From positions 1,830,001 through 1,862,000 of the forward strand of contig NZ_CP142525.1 in assembly GCF_051097895.1 (NCBI RefSeq): 32,000 nucleotides of DNA, given 5' to 3'. A program made the translations under genes and the position numbers. Below the pieces are notes generated by a model, which searched no databases, was not told the origin of the DNA, and was given only the letters and a program-made list of their open reading frames with translations. Shown here in pieces: positions 26,649 to 32,000 of this stretch. Position 1 is the first letter of the stretch. Each line of letters starts with the position of its first letter. The stretch is from Psychrobacter sp. HD31. Its GTDB lineage: Bacteria; Pseudomonadota; Gammaproteobacteria; Pseudomonadales; Moraxellaceae.

Positions 26649-26687
26649 AAAATAATTGAGAATGGAACAACTGTCAATAAAAAAAAA
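26649..26687 (-). promoter_or_regulatory. candidate sigma-70 promoter of FadL-like paralog 2 with a T9 tract abutting the -35
   Basis: The minus strand reads T9 (plus-strand A9 at 26679-26687) - A - TTGACA (26677-26672) - 17 nt - TATTTT (26654-26649). A second perfect TATAAT lies further downstream in the leader. Confidence 0.4.
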
Positions 26688-26940
26688 TGGTATGGGCGTT
26701 CAAAATTAGGATGGCGTTAATATACTAACTGTAGTATTGGAAACAGAAGGTTTAATAATGAGATACAAGAAAATAGACAACTTATTAATAAATATTATTT
26801 AGGGTGTTTTTAAATAACAGTGATACAATGCACAGGGGGTTGCATAATTAAGTAAAACTTCAAGGTTAGTGAACCTAAACCCTGTTACCTTAATACTTGT
26901 TCCTCAATAAGTAAAACCTACAAAAGTTTTTGGAGTTTAA

Positions 26941-27696
26941 GTGGATATACAGTTGTCGATAGAAGTAATATTCATGTTGATTGCCGTTGCTGGTATGGCA
27001 GGTTTTATTGATGCCATTGCCGGTGGCGGTGGGTTATTAACTATTCCTGCCTTACTGTTAGCAAACATCCCTCCGGTTTTGGCGCTTGGTACAAACAAGG
27101 TGCAAGCGTGTTCGGGGGCGTTGGCAGCATCTATAACCATGATAAAAAAAGGGGTTGTGAAGCCCAGTACAATGAAGCCTGCTATTATTGGGGCGTTTGT
27201 AGGGTCGGCAGTTGGTACGATTTTGGTACAATTATCGCCACCTGATTTGTTAACAAAATTGATTCCATTTTTAATTGCTGCTATTGGTATTTATACCTTA
27301 TTTGCTCCAAACCTTGGTGAAGTAGAGGCAGCACCTAAAGTATCAGAGAAATTTTGGCAAAAATTGGTGGTTCCAATTATTGGTTTTTATGATGGCTATG
27401 TTGGTCCAGGTACGGGTATGTTTTTTGCATTAGGCAATGTGAGCTTGCGTGGGCGAGAAATCATTGCAGCGACTGGTACAGCAAAAATTCTTAATTTTGC
27501 TACCAACTTTGCTTCTGTTGTTTTTTTTGTATTTGGGGGTAATGTTTTATGGGGTATTGGGCTTGCCATGCTTGTTGGGCAAATGACAGGTGCTTATTTT
27601 GGTTCACACATGGTCGTAAAAGGCGGCAGTAAAATTATCCGACCTGTTATTGTGGTGGTTTGTTTGGCCATGCTTGCCAAATATGTGTTTGGTTAG
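26941..27696 (+). CDS. TauE/SafE (TSUP, DUF81) family anion exporter
   Basis: The GTG start has a GGAG SD 5 nt upstream. The 251-aa polytopic protein has the family-typical G-rich motif FIDAIAGGGGLLTIPALL. Confidence 0.82.
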   Translation: MDIQLSIEVIFMLIAVAGMAGFIDAIAGGGGLLTIPALLLANIPPVLALGTNKVQACSGALAASITMIKKGVVKPSTMKPAIIGAFVGSAVGTILVQLSPPDLLTKLIPFLIAAIGIYTLFAPNLGEVEAAPKVSEKFWQKLVVPIIGFYDGYVGPGTGMFFALGNVSLRGREIIAATGTAKILNFATNFASVVFFVFGGNVLWGIGLAMLVGQMTGAYFGSHMVVKGGSKIIRPVIVVVCLAMLAKYVFG

Positions 27697-28268
27697 TAAA
27701 CATTTGCCAGTTGTAACTTTGTTAAAGCGGCTGTATTTTGATTAACCTGTTGCTCTAAATCATTAATTTTGTTAGCAATAGAAAGCATGTAAATTCTTGC
27801 TTCTTTTTCTGTTTTAAAGTTTAGCATATCGCCCTCTTTAAGTTTTTTGAGTTGCGATTGGTAATCTTTTATTTTTTGTTCATCTTTTTTTATTGTATTG
27901 GCAATTTTAAATTGGTTTAGACCGGTTTGATTAATGCTCTGTAGCTTTGCGGTTACATTAGCTGGGCATACTTTATTTAAGTTTATGCCACGTGTCCCCA
28001 GTTGGAAGGCATTGGGTTGGGTGCAATATTGTTTTAACCCTTGTTTACGTCCTTGCTCCCACAAAGGTTGGTTGGCAATTATGTTTGCTTTAGCACATGC
28101 TTTTTGATGATTACTAATGTAAGTTGGGTAACGACCAGCCGTGCCATCTTTATAGCCAATCGCTTGCCAATTGCCTTGTAAGCATTCTTGTTTTGATAGG
28201 GTGGCGCAAGAGGTTATGCTCAAACAGCACAAGCCTAAACAAACAGTATAAAAAATAGGTTTTATCAT
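27693..28268 (-). CDS. DUF2799 domain lipoprotein
   Basis: A lipobox (LSITSC) is present. The DUF2799-like Cys/Trp pattern is CATLSKQECLQGNWQAIGYKDGTAGRY, repeated as YCTQPNAFQLGTRG. The C-terminus is coiled-coil-like. The stop codon overlaps the convergent TauE stop. Confidence 0.7.
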   Translation of the reverse strand: MIKPIFYTVCLGLCCLSITSCATLSKQECLQGNWQAIGYKDGTAGRYPTYISNHQKACAKANIIANQPLWEQGRKQGLKQYCTQPNAFQLGTRGINLNKVCPANVTAKLQSINQTGLNQFKIANTIKKDEQKIKDYQSQLKKLKEGDMLNFKTEKEARIYMLSIANKINDLEQQVNQNTAALTKLQLANVY

Positions 28269-28327
28269 CCAAAGTCCACCATGCGTGTATGAAAATAAAT
28301 AATAAACAACTTATTGTGATAAAAAAA

Positions 28328-28861
28328 TTAGTTGATAATTTTCCAATTACCATCAAGCTTTTTTAGCCGGTATATCGAGGTTTCTGGTTTTTCTACATTA
28401 TAAAGCTTAATAATGCCTTGTATTTCGGCCTCGGTTTTATCTTTATTGTACTTCACTTGCTTAATGGTAATGGTGTCTACCGTTTGTTGGAACGCAGCTT
28501 GGGTGTTTTCTAACTGTTTGGCAAGGTCTGGCTCGTTGCTTACGTTAAAATATTGAGCAGCTTCTTTTGCACTGCCAAAATACATGGTGTCTAACGCCAT
28601 GCGCAAGGTTGCTTCTGCTGTCCCTTCAACCAGATTATTATTTGTGACAACTGACTCTTTGGTGATGTTGTTTACTATATCTGATTTAACTTGCATGCTA
28701 GAAGATACACTTTGTCCAGCGATTAGCGGTGGTGTTTTTTGTACTTTAACTTTTGCTGTGTCTTCTTTTTTCTCTGGCATCATATCGCCAATTTTATCGC
28801 AACCAGTCATGGTAATCATGCTGGTAAAGCAAATGCCTAGGACAAGTGTTTTAATTGTCAT
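28328..28861 (-). CDS. hypothetical lipoprotein
   Basis: The 177-aa protein has a signal peptide plus lipobox (ITMTGC). No family was recognised with confidence; the C-terminal ...YRLKKLDGNWKI resembles small NTF2-like lipoproteins. Confidence 0.6.
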   Translation of the reverse strand: MTIKTLVLGICFTSMITMTGCDKIGDMMPEKKEDTAKVKVQKTPPLIAGQSVSSSMQVKSDIVNNITKESVVTNNNLVEGTAEATLRMALDTMYFGSAKEAAQYFNVSNEPDLAKQLENTQAAFQQTVDTITIKQVKYNKDKTEAEIQGIIKLYNVEKPETSIYRLKKLDGNWKIIN

Positions 28862-29020
28862 TTTTTATCTCTATCGTTTAAATATATTTTAAAACATAGT
28901 GCTATCGTCATACTAACTTAATAGTATATGGCTAATTATAGCAATAATTCAATGTAAAACTGTTACAGCTTCTATCATGAATGTCTTAGCTATAGCTACC
29001 GTGGTAAGCATTTTGTTAGT

Positions 29021-30586
29021 TTAACCATGTTTTAGCTGACGAGGGCGAAATCCGGTTGCCAAAAGTACAATAGCATAAACGGCTGCACCAGCAATGCATA
29101 GCCCAATCGTGGCGATAATACGCATGATTTGGTCGCTGTTAGTTGTGCCCTCAACAGGGAAGTAACCTAGCAGTAAATACAAAGTGGCAACCATCGCAGC
29201 GGTGGCAGTAATAAACTGGGCAAAAAGTTTTTGCCAATGTTTACCAAAACGAAAGATGTTGCGTTTGTGCAGTAAAAAGTATAAAAGCCCTGCATTCACA
29301 AAACTTGCACTGGTAGTTGCTAAGGCAAGCCCACCGTGTAATGGTAGTTTTAATATGTAATAAAACAAGGCAACAAAAATAATGCTAAACACAATGTTGG
29401 CGATGACAGAAATGATGCCAACTTTAACCGGTGTTTTGGTATCTTGCCGTGCAAAAAATGCGGGCGCAAATATTTTAATGAGCATAAAGCCTAAAATGCC
29501 ACCAGACAAACAACGTAATGCAAACCCTGCCATTTTAGTGTCTTCTAGCGTAAACTCACCACGCATAAACAGTGCCTGAATAAACACATCTGCCAGTACA
29601 AACATAGCACTGGCAGCAGGCAAGCCAACTAAAAATATTAACCGTGCAGCCCAGTCTAGGGTTTTAATAAAGTTATCGCTATCTTTTTGAGCCTCACTTT
29701 TTGAAAGGCTAGGCAAAATAACGGTACCAATAGCAATACCAATCAAACCCAGTGGTAACTCACTCAAACGCTCGGCGGCGTACATCCAAGATACTGAGCC
29801 ATCAATCATTTCACTAGCAAAGCGGGCATTAATTAATAAGTTTATTTGAGTAACTGACACCCCAAAAATTGCCGGCAACATAAGTTTTAAAATCCGTTGT
29901 ACGCCCTCGTGCTTAAAATCTATTTTAGGCATCACCAGCAGGCGTTGTTGCCACAGTTGAGGTAACTGGATAAGCAGTTGTAATAAGCCAGAAATTGCGA
30001 CGGCATAGCCTAATGCCATAATGGGTTTTGCCATCATAGGTGCAACAAGTAATGCCGCACCAATCATACACAAGTTGAGTAAAACGGGCGCAAAAGCAGG
30101 CGCAGCAAACTTGCCATAACTTTGCAAAATGCTACCTGCAAAGGCTGTCATAGATATAAAAAATAAATAAGGAAAGGTAAGACGCAATAAATCTGTTGCG
30201 GTATTAAATTTTGCTGGCTCATCAGCAAAACCACCACCAAACAGCCCCATTACTTGTGGTGCAAGTAAAATTACCAGCACAGTAAGCATAAATAAAATAA
30301 GGCTCAATACCCCAGAAGTACGGCTAATTAGAACCTGTACTTCTTTTATGCTGTATTTTTCTTTATATTCACTAAGTACAGGAACAAATGCCTGGCTAAA
30401 AGCACCCTCGGCAAATAATCGGCGTAAAAAGTTTGGGATTTTAAATGCCATTACAAAGGCATCCATCAATCCGCCAGCACCAAACACCCCTAGTAAAACG
30501 ACATCTCGCACTAATCCTAAAATGCGTGAAAGCATAGTCATAGAGCTAACAATCATTGTAGAGCGGAATAAACGACTTTTTGCCAT
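29021..30586 (-). CDS. murJ: lipid II flippase MurJ (MviN)
   Basis: The 521-aa protein has about 14 TM helices and the typical MurJ N-terminus (SRLFRSTMIVSSMTMLSRILGLVRDVVLLGVFGAGGLMDAFVMAFKIPNFLRRLFAEGAFSQAFVPVL). Confidence 0.93.
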   Translation of the reverse strand: MAKSRLFRSTMIVSSMTMLSRILGLVRDVVLLGVFGAGGLMDAFVMAFKIPNFLRRLFAEGAFSQAFVPVLSEYKEKYSIKEVQVLISRTSGVLSLILFMLTVLVILLAPQVMGLFGGGFADEPAKFNTATDLLRLTFPYLFFISMTAFAGSILQSYGKFAAPAFAPVLLNLCMIGAALLVAPMMAKPIMALGYAVAISGLLQLLIQLPQLWQQRLLVMPKIDFKHEGVQRILKLMLPAIFGVSVTQINLLINARFASEMIDGSVSWMYAAERLSELPLGLIGIAIGTVILPSLSKSEAQKDSDNFIKTLDWAARLIFLVGLPAASAMFVLADVFIQALFMRGEFTLEDTKMAGFALRCLSGGILGFMLIKIFAPAFFARQDTKTPVKVGIISVIANIVFSIIFVALFYYILKLPLHGGLALATTSASFVNAGLLYFLLHKRNIFRFGKHWQKLFAQFITATAAMVATLYLLLGYFPVEGTTNSDQIMRIIATIGLCIAGAAVYAIVLLATGFRPRQLKHG

Positions 30587-30798
30587 TGTGGTATTGCCTA
30601 AGTTTTATTTTTTTAAAGTAGGCGAATTATAGCATTTTGTATGAGTTTTTGGGGTGCTCAAGTGTGGATATTGTATGGAATTAAAATGATGAATAACAAA
30701 AAGGTAAGCTTGAAAGGGCGTATCATATGATGGCTTTTTCAACCCTTCATTTTTTTAATTTTGTTTGGTTGGCTTTGGCTTGATTTTGGTAATGATGT

Positions 30799-31332
30799 CT
30801 ACTTCTTTGACTCATTTCTTCCATAACATGGAAAAAACCGATCATATACAATCTCAATAAATGTGTTAGGGATTTTAGCACTCTCAAAAACAATTTTATC
30901 CTTAACATCAAACATATGAAACACAATACCTGTATTGTTTTTGCATAATACGATTGAATTTTCAGTTATACTTAAAGAACTCATACTATAGACTGTCTGC
31001 GTCATTTCCACAGTTATAGGTAATTCATTCCAAGCATCCTCTTTAAATAATTCAACTAATTTATTTAGCTTTTCTTTATTAAAATTATAATCATAATACT
31101 GGCCACTATAAAAATTATATGAATTTGGATAGCCTGGCTGATAAACACCGGTAGGCTCTGCTAAAAACTTTTTTATTAGCAAACCTTGAGATTCAAACCA
31201 ATCAAGGTTTGCCTTTACGCCAGCTCTTGCTTGTTTCAGCTCATCTGAATCAGGGATTGTTAATGAGTAAAAAATATAACCTGCACCAGCGATATTTAAA
31301 AATATTATTAGATATTCAAAAAACTTTTTCAA
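30799..31332 (-). CDS. hypothetical protein, N-terminal TM anchor, low-GC
   Basis: The 177-aa ORF has a single N-terminal hydrophobic helix (YLIIFLNIAGAGYIFYSL) and a Tyr/Asn-rich soluble domain. No family was recognised. The GC content is clearly below that of the neighbouring genes. Confidence 0.55.
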   Translation of the reverse strand: MKKFFEYLIIFLNIAGAGYIFYSLTIPDSDELKQARAGVKANLDWFESQGLLIKKFLAEPTGVYQPGYPNSYNFYSGQYYDYNFNKEKLNKLVELFKEDAWNELPITVEMTQTVYSMSSLSITENSIVLCKNNTGIVFHMFDVKDKIVFESAKIPNTFIEIVYDRFFPCYGRNESKK

Positions 31333-31487
31333 TTTATTAAGACCTATTTAAATGTGCTTATTTGGCTAAAACCTACCACTGGCTTGATTGTATTTAAGCC
31401 CAGCACATTATAAAACCAAAAATGTATACAAAAGAAATTTAAAAAATAATATATTGGAAGCGTTGCCAAATTATACACATCATCTCT

Positions 31488-31515
31488 TACAAAATAGCTG
31501 GGCAAAATGCCCAGC
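31488..31515 (-). terminator. Rho-independent terminator of the edge ORF
   Basis: A perfect 8-bp stem GCTGGGCA (31497-31504) / TGCCCAGC (31508-31515) with a 3-nt loop, starting 10 nt after the TAG stop. On the minus strand it is followed by TATTTTGT. Confidence 0.6.
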
Positions 31516-31524
31516 ATACGCTTG

Positions 31525-32000
31525 CTACGGTTCTGTAGCTGTCGAAATTAGAGTAAGGCTGATTCTAACCTGCTCAAACCATTCTGATTCTGATAAAAAA
31601 GGAGAACGGACTTTATACTTGTATATATTTAAGCTTAAATTGCCTTTTTTATAACCTCTAATAAAAGTTTCGTCATGAAGAACAGAGACTAAATCTGTAA
31701 CGTCATGCCATTGTTTTTCTTCTAGGCTATCAGTTAATTTCTTTAAAAAACCAGTTTTTGGGTTCTTATAGTAATAAGAAATATAATTTGTCCCTCCTGA
31801 TCTTCCAAATTGACTTCCCTCTTTATATGGTTTACCCAAATCAGAAGTTATATCAGCAATTAAATCCTTAAACTCTATTTCTAAAGCAACATAATCTATA
31901 GTTTCTTTATATTCATCTTTAGTTTGATATTTATAAACAATCTGTGCGACAAAAGTAGCGAAGAAAAACAAACCTAAAATACCAAACAGGATTATTTTAG
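31525..32000 (-). CDS. hypothetical protein, N-terminal TM anchor, low-GC; the 5' end lies outside the window
   Basis: The reading frame stays open to the window edge (..KIILFGILGLFFFATFVAQIVY..), so the listed TTG start at 31971 falls inside a TM helix. The architecture and some motifs resemble the neighbouring 177-aa ORF. Confidence 0.5.
   Translation of the reverse strand, partial: KIILFGILGLFFFATFVAQIVYKYQTKDEYKETIDYVALEIEFKDLIADITSDLGKPYKEGSQFGRSGGTNYISYYYKNPKTGFLKKLTDSLEEKQWHDVTDLVSVLHDETFIRGYKKGNLSLNIYKYKVRSPFLSESEWFEQVRISLTLISTATEP

Noticed and set aside
27693-27696. Overlapping stop codons of the convergent TauE (TAG, 27694-27696) and DUF2799 (TAA on the minus strand, 27693-27695) genes, with no intergenic terminator.
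   Set aside because: The overlap is real in the sequence but is a common compact arrangement. Nothing in the sequence indicates a specific antisense-regulation mechanism.
13494-29579. More embedded ORFs: 13494-13694, 14252-14434, 16711-16956, 17204-17473, 17373-17564, 18015-18227, 18410-18640, 21794-22189, 21930-22124, 22223-22486, 22317-22523, 22535-22762, 23130-23321, 24940-25146, 25564-25833, 25918-26100, 26278-26475, 26937-27140, 28150-28356, 28584-28892 and 29382-29579.
   Set aside because: The reasoning is the same. They overlap well-supported genes (rluE, icd, glyA, hpf, DUF423, tsaD, crcB, the FadL paralogs, TauE, the lipoproteins, murJ). The pairs 23130-23321 / 24940-25146 and 25918-26100 exist only because the paralogs and their repeats also read open in other frames.
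30348-31654. Plus-strand ORFs 30348-30632 and 31388-31654.
   Set aside because: The first is antisense to the murJ 5' end. The second runs through the minus-strand terminator hairpin (31497-31515) and is antisense to the edge ORF. Neither has an SD or a recognisable family.
1-32000. A search for tRNA, rRNA, tmRNA, IS elements, integrases, and toxin-antitoxin or known defense-system genes.
   Set aside because: I saw no T-loop/acceptor-type tRNA signatures (such as GGTTCGAATCC-like motifs). I also saw no rRNA-like segments, terminal inverted repeats flanking a transposase, or recognisable defense or TA protein motifs in any frame.

Overview
The window is mostly core chromosomal DNA from an AT-rich Gammaproteobacterium. 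Hand counts give about 46% GC in housekeeping genes. Gene content and order, including divergent rpsU/tsaD, look Moraxellaceae-like, but that assignment is low-confidence inference. I support 30 protein-coding genes. They are a 5'-truncated SSF transporter translationally coupled to pncB-like and nadE genes, a rhomboid protease, an inner-membrane-anchored OmpA-domain protein, nagZ, prc, slyD, an M61/PDZ peptidase, a DUF2459 protein, rluE, icd, ubiC, glyA, hpf, a DUF423 protein, rpoH, a TusA-like protein, a YqeY-like protein, rpsU, tsaD, crcB, two tandem FadL-family outer-membrane paralogs, a TauE/TSUP transporter, two lipoproteins, murJ, and two small low-GC membrane-anchored hypothetical proteins at the 3' edge. 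I found no rRNA, tRNA, CRISPR array, IS element or integrase. The most unusual locus is the FadL-like pair (23065-26542). The barrel-coding segments are conserved, with runs of about 60 nt of perfect identity, while the predicted surface loops are unrelated. One loop carries in-frame 21-bp tandem repeats encoding heptads: two blocks of five in copy 2 and one block of four in copy 1. Each gene has a TTGACA-type promoter associated with an A9/T9 homopolymer tract, which in copy 1 lies inside the -35/-10 spacer. Together this looks like a surface-variation or contingency locus built on a FadL scaffold. Secondary leads are the SSF-pncB-nadE operon as a candidate Na+-coupled niacin uptake system, a perfect 13-bp inverted repeat ahead of hpf, a 0.5-kb intergenic region with two strong terminators that may encode an sRNA, and a low-GC segment after murJ (27% GC in a sampled 100 nt). 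All functional calls rest on motif recognition by eye; no database search was possible.
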